Of a DNA stretch of 64,000 nucleotides, positions 46,256 to 56,157 are shown piece by piece; within the stretch, counting starts at the first letter, position 1; each line of letters opens with the position of its first letter. The translations under genes were made by a program, and so were the position numbers. This DNA is from Acutalibacteraceae bacterium (GTDB lineage: Bacteria; Bacillota; Clostridia; Oscillospirales; Acutalibacteraceae). The DNA lies in contig JAZSLI010000014.1 of assembly GCA_045535295.1 (NCBI GenBank), forward strand, positions 55,613 to 119,612, in the 5' to 3' direction. The notes below the pieces were generated by a model. The model did not search any database. It worked only from the letters and a program-made list of their open reading frames with translations, and had not been told where the DNA came from.

Positions 46256-47990
46256 AACATTAGCAAAAAGTATTAGGGAATATAAATTACCCTCAATTTT
46301 AACCTTAATTTTTATTATGTGCGAGGTAATTATTGAAGTTTTAATTCCTTTTATAACTGCCGACCTTGTTAATAACATAAAAGCGGGAGTTGAATTATCT
46401 GTTGTTTTAAAAACCGGCCTTTTGCTCATAGCAATGGCTTTAATTTCGCTTTGTTGCGGAGCGGTTGCTGCTGTTACTTGCGCAAATGCATCGGCAGGCT
46501 TTGCCAAAAATTTGCGCCACGATATGTTTGTTAAAATTCAAGGCTATTCATTTGCAAATATTGATAAATTTTCTACCGCTTCGCTTGTTACAAGATTAAC
46601 TACCGATATCAACAGTGTTCAAATGTCATATATGATGTTGATTAGAACAGCTGTTAGAAGCCCAATGATGTTTGTTTTCTCAATTATAATGGCTTATAAA
46701 ATGGGCGGAGCCTTGGCAACAACCTTCGTTGTTGTTATTCCGGTTTTGATTATTGGCTTATTGCTTATAGCTAAAAATGCAATGCCTGCATTTAGAAGAG
46801 TTTTTAAAAAGTATGATAAGCTTAACGAATCTATCGAGGAAAACGTTAGAGGAATGAGAGTTGTTAAGGGCTTTTCAAGAGAGGAATTTGAAAAGCAAAA
46901 GTTTGATAATGCATCGGATGATATTAAGAATGACTTTACAAAAGCTGAAAGAATTGTTGCACTTAATATGCCTATAATGCAGTTTTGTATGTATTTCAAT
47001 ACGGTTGGAATTTTACTTATAGGTTCATTTTTGGTTATAACTACGGGCGGTAGTAAGGTTGACGTTGGTCAAATTTCGGCAATGTTAACCTATGGAGTTC
47101 AAATTTTGATGTCCTTAATGATGCTTTCAATGATTTATGTAATGTTAACTATGTCTATTGAATCAATGAAGCGTATTTGTGAGGTGCTTAACGAGGAATC
47201 AACCCTTAAAAATCCTGAAAATCCCGTAACCGAAATTAAGGACGGAAGCATTGTTTTTGAAAATGTTAGCTTTAAATATTCAAAGGAAGCAAAAAGATGT
47301 GCTCTTGAAAATATAAACTTTAAAATACCGTCCGGTGCAACGGTTGGTATAATTGGCACAACTGGTTCGAGTAAATCCTCATTGGTTCAGCTTATTCCGA
47401 GACTTTATGATGTTACCGAAGGCAGTGTTAAGGTTGGCGGTGTTGATGTTAGGGATTATGATCTTGATGCTTTGCGAAATGCTGTTGCAATGGTTTTGCA
47501 AAAAAATCAACTTTTTTCGGGCACGATTAAGGAAAATTTACGTTGGGGCAATGAAAATGCAACCGATAGCGAAATAGAATATGTTTGCAAGCTTTCGCAG
47601 GCCAATGAATTTATTGCAACTTTTCCCGATGGCTATGATACCTATATTGAGCAGGGCGGTTCAAATATTTCGGGTGGTCAAAAGCAAAGGCTTTGTATTG
47701 CAAGAGCATTACTTAAAAATCCGAAAATCTTAATTTTAGACGATTCAACGAGTGCGGTTGATACTAAAACCGATGCCTTTATTCGTATGGGATTTAAGGA
47801 ATTCATTCCCGAAACAACCAAACTTATTATTGCTCAAAGAATTTCCTCGGTTGAGGATGCAGATATGATTATTGTTATGGATAACGGTAGAATTGCTGAT
47901 ATTGGAACTCATATAGAGTTGCTTAAAACCAGCGAGATTTATAAAGAGGTTTATGAACAACAAATTAGTGGAGGTGAGAGCGATGAGTAA
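46248..47990 (+). CDS. ABC exporter, fused permease/ATPase (heterodimer partner 1)
   Basis: The N-terminal half has six TM segments. Walker A is GTTGSSKSS, the signature is ISGGQKQR, and Walker B is ILILDDSTS. Confidence 0.9.
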   Translation: MIKTLAKSIREYKLPSILTLIFIMCEVIIEVLIPFITADLVNNIKAGVELSVVLKTGLLLIAMALISLCCGAVAAVTCANASAGFAKNLRHDMFVKIQGYSFANIDKFSTASLVTRLTTDINSVQMSYMMLIRTAVRSPMMFVFSIIMAYKMGGALATTFVVVIPVLIIGLLLIAKNAMPAFRRVFKKYDKLNESIEENVRGMRVVKGFSREEFEKQKFDNASDDIKNDFTKAERIVALNMPIMQFCMYFNTVGILLIGSFLVITTGGSKVDVGQISAMLTYGVQILMSLMMLSMIYVMLTMSIESMKRICEVLNEESTLKNPENPVTEIKDGSIVFENVSFKYSKEAKRCALENINFKIPSGATVGIIGTTGSSKSSLVQLIPRLYDVTEGSVKVGGVDVRDYDLDALRNAVAMVLQKNQLFSGTIKENLRWGNENATDSEIEYVCKLSQANEFIATFPDGYDTYIEQGGSNISGGQKQRLCIARALLKNPKILILDDSTSAVDTKTDAFIRMGFKEFIPETTKLIIAQRISSVEDADMIIVMDNGRIADIGTHIELLKTSEIYKEVYEQQISGGESDE

Positions 47991-49929
47991 AAAAATTAAC
48001 CCTCCGGCTACTAATCAAAAGCAAAGACCGAAATTTAATCCTAATGTTTTTAAAAGGGTTATGAAAATGCTTTTTGAAAGCTATCCGGTGTTATTCCCCT
48101 TAACCCTTGTTTGCATTATTTTTTCTGCCATTGTTAACACAATGCCCGCAATATTTAATCAACAAATAATCGCTCTCATTGAAGAGTGGTATATTTCGCA
48201 GGACTGGGCATCCGCAAAGCTTGAAATCATACCCAAAATTATAACATTAGCTGTTTTATATCTTCTTTCTCTCATTTCATTTTTCGCACATACTCAGCTT
48301 ATGGCATATATCACACAAGGCTTTTTAAGCAAGGTGAGAAAAAGAATGTTTTCAAGTATGCAAAATTTGCCGATAAGCTATTTTGATACTAAAAAGCACG
48401 GAGATATAATGAGTCATTACACTAATGATATTGATACCTTGCGTCAGTTGGTTTCTCAAGCAGTACCCTCCGTTTTACAAGCGGGACTTATTGTTATAAC
48501 TGTTTTCTTTATAATGCTTTGGTATAGCTTCTGGATGACACTTATTGTTATCGGCGGTGTTATTTTATTATCCCAAGTAACAAAAATTGTTGGCGGCGGC
48601 TCAGCAAAATACTTTATTCGTCAGCAAAAGGCGGTTGGTAAAACCGAAGGCTTTGTTCAAGAAATAATGAGCGGTCAAAAGGTTGTTAAGGTTTTTTGTC
48701 ACGAGGAAAAGAGCAAACAAGATTTTGATGAGATAAATAATGCTCTATATGAGGATAGTAAGCGGGCTCATAGCTATGCAAATATTTTAGGCCCCGTAAC
48801 TATGAATATAGGAAATATTTTGTATGTTATTATTGCAACCTTTGGCGGTATTTTCCTTCTCTCAAAGGGTTTTACAAATATAAGCATTTCAAAGCTTGTG
48901 GGTAGAGAGGTCATTTTTGGAATTAGTGTTGTTATTCCTTTTCTTAATATGACCAAGCAGTTTACAGGAAATGTTAACCAGGTTGCCCAACAAATAAATG
49001 CAATTGTTATGGGTCTTGCAGGTGCGGACCGTATTTTGCAGTTGATGGATACTCCACCTGAGACGGACGATGGCTATGTAACTCTTGTTAATGCCGAAAT
49101 TGATAAGAATGGAAATATAACCGAAACAAACAAAAGAACACATCTTTGGGCTTGGAAGCATCCTCATTCGGATGGTAGTATTAGTTATACACGTCTCCAA
49201 GGTGATGTTCGTTTATTGGATGTTGATTTTGGTTATGTTCCCGAAAAAACAGTTCTTCATAATATTGATGTTTATGCCGAGCCGGGTCAAAAGGTTGCAT
49301 TTGTTGGTGCAACGGGTGCCGGTAAAACAACCATTACAAACCTTATTAACCGTTTTTATGATATTGCTGACGGTAAAATAAGATATGACGGTATTAATAT
49401 CAACAAAATCAAAAAGAATGATTTAAGGCGGTCATTGGGTATTGTTTTGCAGGATACCAACCTCTTCACCGGCACAGTTATGGATAATATCCGTTATGGC
49501 CGACTTGATGCTACCGATGAGGAATGTATTGAGGCTGCAACCCTTGCGGGTGCGCACGATTTTATAACCCGTTTGCCGCAAGGCTACGAAACCCAGCTTG
49601 CCAATAATGGTTCAAATCTTTCACAAGGTCAGCGGCAGTTAATTGCAATTGCTCGTGCCGCAGTTGCAGACCCACCGGTTATGATTCTTGATGAGGCAAC
49701 ATCATCAATTGATACCAGAACCGAGGCAATAGTTCAAAAGGGTATGGATAGGCTAATGCAGGGCAGAACAGTTTTTGTTATTGCGCATAGGCTTTCAACC
49801 GTTAAAAATTCTGATGTTATTATGGTACTCGACAAGGGTAAAATAATTGAAAGAGGAAACCACGATGACCTTATTGCTCAAAAAGGCAAGTATTATCAAC
49901 TTTATACGGGTGCCTTTGAATTAGAATAA
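47983..49929 (+). CDS. ABC exporter, fused permease/ATPase (heterodimer partner 2)
   Basis: The N-terminal half is a TM domain. Walker A is GATGAGKTT, the signature is LSQGQRQ, and Walker B is VMILDEATS. I prefer the ATG at 47983, which overlaps the upstream stop. Confidence 0.9.
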   Translation: MSKKINPPATNQKQRPKFNPNVFKRVMKMLFESYPVLFPLTLVCIIFSAIVNTMPAIFNQQIIALIEEWYISQDWASAKLEIIPKIITLAVLYLLSLISFFAHTQLMAYITQGFLSKVRKRMFSSMQNLPISYFDTKKHGDIMSHYTNDIDTLRQLVSQAVPSVLQAGLIVITVFFIMLWYSFWMTLIVIGGVILLSQVTKIVGGGSAKYFIRQQKAVGKTEGFVQEIMSGQKVVKVFCHEEKSKQDFDEINNALYEDSKRAHSYANILGPVTMNIGNILYVIIATFGGIFLLSKGFTNISISKLVGREVIFGISVVIPFLNMTKQFTGNVNQVAQQINAIVMGLAGADRILQLMDTPPETDDGYVTLVNAEIDKNGNITETNKRTHLWAWKHPHSDGSISYTRLQGDVRLLDVDFGYVPEKTVLHNIDVYAEPGQKVAFVGATGAGKTTITNLINRFYDIADGKIRYDGININKIKKNDLRRSLGIVLQDTNLFTGTVMDNIRYGRLDATDEECIEAATLAGAHDFITRLPQGYETQLANNGSNLSQGQRQLIAIARAAVADPPVMILDEATSSIDTRTEAIVQKGMDRLMQGRTVFVIAHRLSTVKNSDVIMVLDKGKIIERGNHDDLIAQKGKYYQLYTGAFELE

Positions 49930-49996
49930 TAATGAATAATCCTTTCTTTGCAGGAATATTATTTAATAGTAATTCTTACAAAGAGAGGATTTTTTT

Positions 49997-51523
49997 ATGG
50001 AAAAGTGTTTAAAAACGAATGTTTTAGTTAAAGAAGTTTTGTTTTCGGATTCAGCCGAACAACCAATAGATATTGATTTTACTTTACCGGATTATTGCAA
50101 AGAAATCTCAAGAATTTTCAAATGCCAGTCGGCACCTCGAATTTCCTCTAAGAGTATTAACGGAAAAAACATTACGGTTGAAGGTGTTGTAACGATAACC
50201 CTGCTTTATGCCGCTTTAAATGGTGAACTATGTTCCTATGAATATCAATATCCTTTTTCAAAAACCTTCGAAGCCTCTTGTGACTGCGTTGGAATGAATC
50301 TTGTATGTAAAGCAAAAAATCAATACTTAAATTGTAGAGCAATTACGGGGCGCAAGGTTGATATTCACGGTGCGGTTGGTATTTATGTTACTATAACTAA
50401 GCGCAAATCAACCGAAATCGTTTCGGATTATGATGATAAAAACGTTGAGTTAAAAAGGGGAATGGCGGCAGCAACCGTGCCAATGGGCAGTGCCGAAAAA
50501 TACATATTAATTGAAGAGGAAATAGATATAGGCCAAGGACAGCCTCAAATAAGAAATGTTTGGCGAAGCGATGTTAAGGCTTGCGTTAAAGAAACAAAGG
50601 TTATAAATGATAAGGCGGTTATAAAAGGGGAAATCAAGGTATGTATTATTTATTGCAGCGATTCCACACCCAATCCGCAGTCGGTAAAAACAACCATTCC
50701 GTTTAGTCAAATACTCGATATTGAGGGTATAACCGATTCTTGCGCTTGCGATACAAAGGCAGAGGTTGTTTTCTTTGAAATTAAGCCACGAATTTCGGCA
50801 AGTGGGGAAACAAAAAGCTTTTCATTAACCGCAAAGCTGCTACTAAATTCAGAAGCATATTGCAGTAATGAAATACCTGTTATATTTGATGCTTTTTCAA
50901 GAAAATATGAAGCTGATATTAAGAAAACCAATGTTGTTTTTGAGAGAATTACGCAAAATATCAGTGAAAATTATCATTGCAAAAAAGCAATAACTTTTGA
51001 TGAGGAAATCTCATCAGTTGTTGATTTATGGTGCAATATTGAAGAATGTCACACAAAGTTTGAAAACGAAAATATGATAGTTTACGGAACTGTTTTGGCG
51101 GCAATAATTGTTTGCGATACTAAAAACATTCCGATTTACCATGAAAAACAAATAGAGTTTGAGCACAAATTTCCTTTGGATATAGCTTCAAATCTTCATT
51201 GTGAGCCTCAAATTGAGGTTACATCTTGCGGATTTACAATAACCTCAACCACCAGTATGGAGCTAATGGTTGATATTTTGCTTAATGCGGCTGTTTATCA
51301 AAAAAGTAATGTGACCTTAATTAGTGAAATGAATGTTGATACTAAAAAACCGTGTAAGAATACTAACCGCACTGCTTTAACAATATATTTTTGCGGTGCA
51401 GGTGAGTGCGTTTGGGATATTGCAAGAATATATAATGCAAGTGTCGAGGAAATAATGGCGATAAATGAGCTTGAAAATGAGCAGTTAGAAAACGGAAAAA
51501 TGATTTTAGTGCCGATAATATAA
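49997..51523 (+). CDS. DUF3794-repeat protein with C-terminal LysM domain (spore-associated type)
   Basis: The C-terminal LysM is YFCGAGECVWDIARIYNASVEEIMAINELENEQLENGKMILVP. The N-terminal part has repeated beta-rich modules typical of DUF3794 proteins. Confidence 0.6.
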   Translation: MEKCLKTNVLVKEVLFSDSAEQPIDIDFTLPDYCKEISRIFKCQSAPRISSKSINGKNITVEGVVTITLLYAALNGELCSYEYQYPFSKTFEASCDCVGMNLVCKAKNQYLNCRAITGRKVDIHGAVGIYVTITKRKSTEIVSDYDDKNVELKRGMAAATVPMGSAEKYILIEEEIDIGQGQPQIRNVWRSDVKACVKETKVINDKAVIKGEIKVCIIYCSDSTPNPQSVKTTIPFSQILDIEGITDSCACDTKAEVVFFEIKPRISASGETKSFSLTAKLLLNSEAYCSNEIPVIFDAFSRKYEADIKKTNVVFERITQNISENYHCKKAITFDEEISSVVDLWCNIEECHTKFENENMIVYGTVLAAIIVCDTKNIPIYHEKQIEFEHKFPLDIASNLHCEPQIEVTSCGFTITSTTSMELMVDILLNAAVYQKSNVTLISEMNVDTKKPCKNTNRTALTIYFCGAGECVWDIARIYNASVEEIMAINELENEQLENGKMILVPII

Positions 51524-51524
51524 A

Positions 51525-51560
51525 GATAAGTCCTTGTTGTAATTGCAACAAGGACTTATC
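51525..51560. terminator. Bidirectional terminator between convergent genes
   Basis: A 15-bp perfect stem (gataagtccttgttg / caacaaggacttatc) has a 6-nt loop, with a T-run on the plus-strand side. Confidence 0.8.
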
Positions 51561-51563
51561 AAT

Positions 51564-52118
51564 TTATTTTTTAGTTATTAGCGAAATAATTTGTGCATAA
51601 AGATTTGTTGGACTATTTAAAATTTTTTCTTTAATGTGTAGAGCCTGCTCAGTATCACCAACCATTAGCTTAACGCTGATAAAGGGTTGTTTGCCATCGT
51701 AAGCAGTGCAGGTGAGAAAGGTTCTTCCGTCTTCATGCGAAATTTTATAATCGGTTTCTTTTGTATACCTATATCGTGAGAGCATTTTTAAAGCGGCAGT
51801 ATAAGCTCTGTCCTTCACAGTGAGGGGAAGTGTTGTTTTAAGAGTTTCAGCGGTATCTCTACCTAAATCGGTTACAACATAGGTATCTTCTTTTTCGTCG
51901 ACCAACTTTAAATGTCCCGAATTGCATAGCCAAGCAATCGAGTCATTAACCTCGAAGCAGTTTGCTATTGCCTCATAATGAAGTGTGTCTGCCAACTGTC
52001 TTCCCGGGATGGGCTCGTTAATGCTTGAAAGAATATAACAAATAAGAATTCTTATTTGCGCCGTGTTGAAAAGGCCGCCATACTCTGAAACTCCTGCCGA
52101 AACTGCATCTCTTTCCAA
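51564..52118 (-). CDS. Hypothetical protein, possibly DUF4364 family
   Basis: The protein is 184 aa and begins with a winged-helix-like N-terminus (IRILICYILSSINEPIPGRQLADTL). The family name is a weak recollection. Confidence 0.3.
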   Translation of the reverse strand: MERDAVSAGVSEYGGLFNTAQIRILICYILSSINEPIPGRQLADTLHYEAIANCFEVNDSIAWLCNSGHLKLVDEKEDTYVVTDLGRDTAETLKTTLPLTVKDRAYTAALKMLSRYRYTKETDYKISHEDGRTFLTCTAYDGKQPFISVKLMVGDTEQALHIKEKILNSPTNLYAQIISLITKK

Positions 52119-52145
52119 AGTTTTAATCTCCTTTTGGTTAGTATA

Positions 52146-53354
52146 TTAGCCTAAAAATGCATCGTGAACAGCGGTTACTGCCTTATCAGCATATTTAGAA
52201 TCAATAAGCACAGAAATTTTGATTTCGCTTGTTGAAATCATTTGAATGTTAATTCCTGCATCCCATAATGCCTCAAACATTTTGGAAGCAACGCCGGGGT
52301 GACTTTCCATTCCCGCACCAACTATTGAAACCTTGCTAACGGTTTCATCAACGGTTAAATCCTCAAATTTGAGGCTATCCTTTAAGGAATTCATCGCCTC
52401 TACTGCTTCTGCACCTTGACTGTTAGGAACAGTAAAGGTGATATCCTTAGTGCCTTCACGGCCAACTGATTGAAGAATGATATCAACGTTAACCTTATAT
52501 TGAGCTAACTTGTTGAAAATTTTGAAAGCGATACCGGGGGTATCCTGCAAACCTACTATTGATACTCGTGCAATGTTATCGTCCTTAGCAACGCCTTTAA
52601 TTAAAGTTTTTTCCATTTTAACTATCTCCTTTACGATTGTTCCGGGTTTATTTTCAAGACTTGAAAGCACTTCAAGCTCAACATTATATTTTTTTGCCAT
52701 TTCAACCGAACGGTTGTTAAGTACCTGTGCACCTAATGTTGCGAGCTCTAACATTTCGTCATAGCTGATTTCATCCATCTTTTTAGCAGTGGAAACCTTT
52801 CTTGGATCGGCAGAGTAAACACCGTCAACATCGGTGTAAATTTGGCAAAGGTCTGCCTTCATTGCGGCGGCTATTGCAACTGCACTTGTATCCGAACCGC
52901 CTCTTCCTAAGGTGGTTATGTCATCATATTTGTTGAGACCTTGGAAGCCCGCAACAATAACAATATTTTTCTTTGCTATTTCGTTTCTAAGACGCTCAGT
53001 ATCAACCTTTTTGATTCTTGCAATAGTGTGGTGAGAATCGGTTGCAAAGCCTGCTTGCCAGCCTAAAAGTGATTTAACAGGGCAGCCAAGCTTTTCAATT
53101 GCCATTGCAAGAAGTGCAATCGATATTTGCTCACCTGCTGAAAGAAGCATATCCATTTCTCTTTTTGAAGGATTATCAGGATTAATTTCCTTTGCTTTTT
53201 CGATAAGGTCGTCGGTTGTATCGCCCTGTGCCGAAACAACAACAATAATATCGTTATCTTTTTTGTAATCTTCAATAATTCTCCTTGCAACATTAAAAAC
53301 TCGCTCGGCGTTTGCAACAGAAGAACCACCGAATTTTTTAACTATTAGTGCCAT
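52146..53354 (-). CDS. lysC: Aspartate kinase with tandem ACT domains
   Basis: The N-terminus is VKKFGGSSV, and TLGRGGSDTSAVA is present. Two ACT repeats lie at the C-terminus. Confidence 0.9.
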   Translation of the reverse strand: MALIVKKFGGSSVANAERVFNVARRIIEDYKKDNDIIVVVSAQGDTTDDLIEKAKEINPDNPSKREMDMLLSAGEQISIALLAMAIEKLGCPVKSLLGWQAGFATDSHHTIARIKKVDTERLRNEIAKKNIVIVAGFQGLNKYDDITTLGRGGSDTSAVAIAAAMKADLCQIYTDVDGVYSADPRKVSTAKKMDEISYDEMLELATLGAQVLNNRSVEMAKKYNVELEVLSSLENKPGTIVKEIVKMEKTLIKGVAKDDNIARVSIVGLQDTPGIAFKIFNKLAQYKVNVDIILQSVGREGTKDITFTVPNSQGAEAVEAMNSLKDSLKFEDLTVDETVSKVSIVGAGMESHPGVASKMFEALWDAGINIQMISTSEIKISVLIDSKYADKAVTAVHDAFLG

Positions 53355-53374
53355 AAAAATAACCTCCGAAGGTA

Positions 53375-54601
53375 TTAATCTAAAATTTCAAATGCTTTAA
53401 CTACACAGTCTTCAAAGCAATTAAGCTTATTTAAAAGACCGCTTTTGAGCATTGGACCTGCAATAAACTGAATTTCGTTGCGATATTTGTTTTTAATAAA
53501 GGGCAAATTTTCAAATATCCCAATGAATTTGTTCTCAATGGCGGTGTAATCTTTGCCCGTAACCCTAACTAACATACGAACCTCATCATCGCAGTTTGTT
53601 TCAAGGCACGAACCGTCATTATCGTTCCAGAAAAGATACTTTCTTACTTTAAGGTGCTTTGCACAGTCAATTATATCAGCAACAACTGCGCTTGCAGTGG
53701 CTTCCTTTCCTGCGCCTTTACCATAGAACATAACATCGCCGGTTTGGTCACCGGTTACTAAAACTGCATTGAAAACGCCATTAACACCTGAAAGTATATT
53801 TTCTTTGCTAACTAAGGTTGGTCTAACCCAAGCGGTAACCTTATCATTTTCGAGCTTTTTCGCATGTGCAATTAGCTTAACAACATATCCAAATGTATCA
53901 GCAGCTTCAACATCATCAAGCGAAATATCGGTTATTCCTTTGGTTTCGATATTTTCGGGATAAATATGTTTTCCAAAAGCAATAGAGGCTAAAATGCAGA
54001 TTTTTCTGCAAGCATCGTGCCCTTCAATATCGGCAGCGGGATTTTTTTCAGCATATCCTTTATCCTGTGCCAATTTTAAGGCGGTTTCAAAATCCATATT
54101 ATCCACTATCATTTTATCTAAAATGTAGTTGGTTGTTCCATTGAGAATACCAGAAATTTCGGTTATTTCGTTTGCGCTAAGGCATTGTGACATTGGCCTT
54201 ATAATCGGGATACCACCGCCAACGCTTGCCTCAAACAAAAAGTTCACATTGTTTCTTTTAGAAATTTCAATAAGCTCGGCACCCTTTGCCGCAACCAATT
54301 CCTTATTAGAGGTAACAACGCTTTTACCTGCTAAAAGGCAGGATTTAACAAATTCATATGCAGGGTTAAGACCGCCCATTGCTTCGGCAACGATTTTAAT
54401 CTCATCGTCGTTAAGAATAATGTTAAAATCCTTAATAAATTTATCTGAATAGGACAAACTATTAAAATCTCTTAAATCAAGGATATATTTAACATTAATA
54501 TCGTCCTTAATTTTATCGGAAATTCTTTTGTTGTGGTTAATTAAAATTTCAGCAACACCGCTACCAACAACACCGTGCCCCATTATAGCAACATTAACCA
54601 T
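53375..54601 (-). CDS. hom: Homoserine dehydrogenase
   Basis: The NAD-binding site is MGHGVVGSG, the catalytic region has NGTTNYIL and EADPxxDIEG-like ADIEGHDA, and there is a C-terminal ACT-like domain. I prefer the ATG at 54601, which has GGAGG upstream. Confidence 0.9.
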   Translation of the reverse strand: MVNVAIMGHGVVGSGVAEILINHNKRISDKIKDDINVKYILDLRDFNSLSYSDKFIKDFNIILNDDEIKIVAEAMGGLNPAYEFVKSCLLAGKSVVTSNKELVAAKGAELIEISKRNNVNFLFEASVGGGIPIIRPMSQCLSANEITEISGILNGTTNYILDKMIVDNMDFETALKLAQDKGYAEKNPAADIEGHDACRKICILASIAFGKHIYPENIETKGITDISLDDVEAADTFGYVVKLIAHAKKLENDKVTAWVRPTLVSKENILSGVNGVFNAVLVTGDQTGDVMFYGKGAGKEATASAVVADIIDCAKHLKVRKYLFWNDNDGSCLETNCDDEVRMLVRVTGKDYTAIENKFIGIFENLPFIKNKYRNEIQFIAGPMLKSGLLNKLNCFEDCVVKAFEILD

Positions 54602-54762
54602 TTTAACCTCCAAAGACCAAAAACTTTTTTATTACAAAGGTCTAATATTTAGCAAAGCTTAAAAGCATACTAATTATTATATTACATTTTTACTTTAAAA
54701 TCAACATAAAAGTATTGAAAATCACAATTTTAGATTTTTAGCAAAAAAATGATAAAAAACGG

Positions 54763-55824
54763 GTGAGAAATTTGGAACAAGCATCAAAAAAAGCATTTAT
54801 TATTGAAGTTTTTTATACATTAATTTGGGTATTTTTAATTTTTTTGTTAGTTAAATTTTTATTTGGATATTTTTTTCCTTTTGTTTTGGCATTTGTTGTT
54901 AGTTATTATGTTCAAAAGCCTGCCGAAAAATTATCTGAAAAAATTAAATTATCAAAGAAAAATATCGCTTTAATTTTTGCGGTTATGTTTTATGCTTTAA
55001 TAGTTGCAATATTATCCTTGCTTTTCTATCTTATTTTTCATTCTGTAAGAGATATTTTTACTTTTATGCCGCAGATTTTTGAGGCTTTAAGTACCTTTAT
55101 TGAAAAATTTAAAAGCTTTCTTAATGGTTTTTTTAACGGTTTTTCTTCCGAAACCGCAAATTATATTGTTGAGTTTTCAAAAAATGCACTTACCTTAATG
55201 GCGGAAAGAATTAGTGGATATTTATCTGATTTTGCAGCTAATATACTCAAAAAAACGCCATCATTCTTAATAGCAAGTATTGTTGCTTTTGTTGCGAGTT
55301 GTTATTTTTCAAGAGATTATGAAAAATTTATCAAGTTTTTTAAAAACATTTGCGGCGAAAAGGTTAGCGGAAAGGTTATAAAAATTAAAGCTATCATAAG
55401 CAAAAATGTTTTAAAAATTATAAAGGGATATATTATTTTATTTGCTATAACCTTTGTCGAGCTATTTGTTGGCTTTTTGCTAATTGGTCTGCCATATCCG
55501 TTAACAGTTGCAATTCTTATATCGTTTGTTGATTTGTTGCCTATTTTAGGAACAGGAACGGTTCTTATTCCTTGGGCGATTTTAGAAATAATTTTTGGAA
55601 AGCTCGGTTATGGAGTTTCACTTATAATACTCTATTTGGTTGTAACTATTGTTAAAAATTTTTGCGAGCCAAAGGTTATAGGAGGTCAGTTAGGAATAAA
55701 TCCGCTCTTTACCTTGGCGGCAATATTTGTTGGGCTTAAATTATTCGGCTTTATCGGGGTTATTGCTTTACCTATAATTTTCATTGTAATTGTAAAATAT
55801 TACGAACAAGAAAAAATATCTTAA
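54763..55824 (+). CDS. ytvI: AI-2E/PerM family membrane protein (sporulation protein YtvI-like)
   Basis: The protein is polytopic, with the conserved FVDLLPILGTG and PKVIG-x-xLG-x-xPL blocks. Confidence 0.6.
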   Translation: MRNLEQASKKAFIIEVFYTLIWVFLIFLLVKFLFGYFFPFVLAFVVSYYVQKPAEKLSEKIKLSKKNIALIFAVMFYALIVAILSLLFYLIFHSVRDIFTFMPQIFEALSTFIEKFKSFLNGFFNGFSSETANYIVEFSKNALTLMAERISGYLSDFAANILKKTPSFLIASIVAFVASCYFSRDYEKFIKFFKNICGEKVSGKVIKIKAIISKNVLKIIKGYIILFAITFVELFVGFLLIGLPYPLTVAILISFVDLLPILGTGTVLIPWAILEIIFGKLGYGVSLIILYLVVTIVKNFCEPKVIGGQLGINPLFTLAAIFVGLKLFGFIGVIALPIIFIVIVKYYEQEKIS

Positions 55825-55892
55825 AGCCCGTCTTGTCATATAATCACTTCGTGCATATTATATATTGTAGGCTAAACATTCGGAGTGATAAA

Positions 55893-56114
55893 ATGAAAGG
55901 CTATATAATAACCACAGGAACTGTGACCTACGCCTTAAAGGGTAGAGATATTTTACGAAAAAAAGGTTATAAAGCAACCGTTTCTCGAATAACTTCCGGC
56001 AAAGGCAGTTCGGGCTGCGGATATTCTATCATAACTGAGGATGATAGCACAGAGCCTGAAACAATTTTGCGTAACGCAGGAATTAAAATACTTGAAATTA
56101 ACAAAAGAGCGTGA
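55893..56114 (+). CDS. DUF3343 domain protein (putative S/Se carrier-like)
   Basis: The 73-aa protein MKGYIITTGTVTYALKGRDILRKKGY...GCGYSI fits the DUF3343 pattern. GGAGTGA lies upstream of the ATG at 55893. Confidence 0.5.
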   Translation: MKGYIITTGTVTYALKGRDILRKKGYKATVSRITSGKGSSGCGYSIITEDDSTEPETILRNAGIKILEINKRA

Positions 56115-56157
56115 AAACGCTCTTTTTTAGATAGGTGATTTGAAGGGAGAATATGAA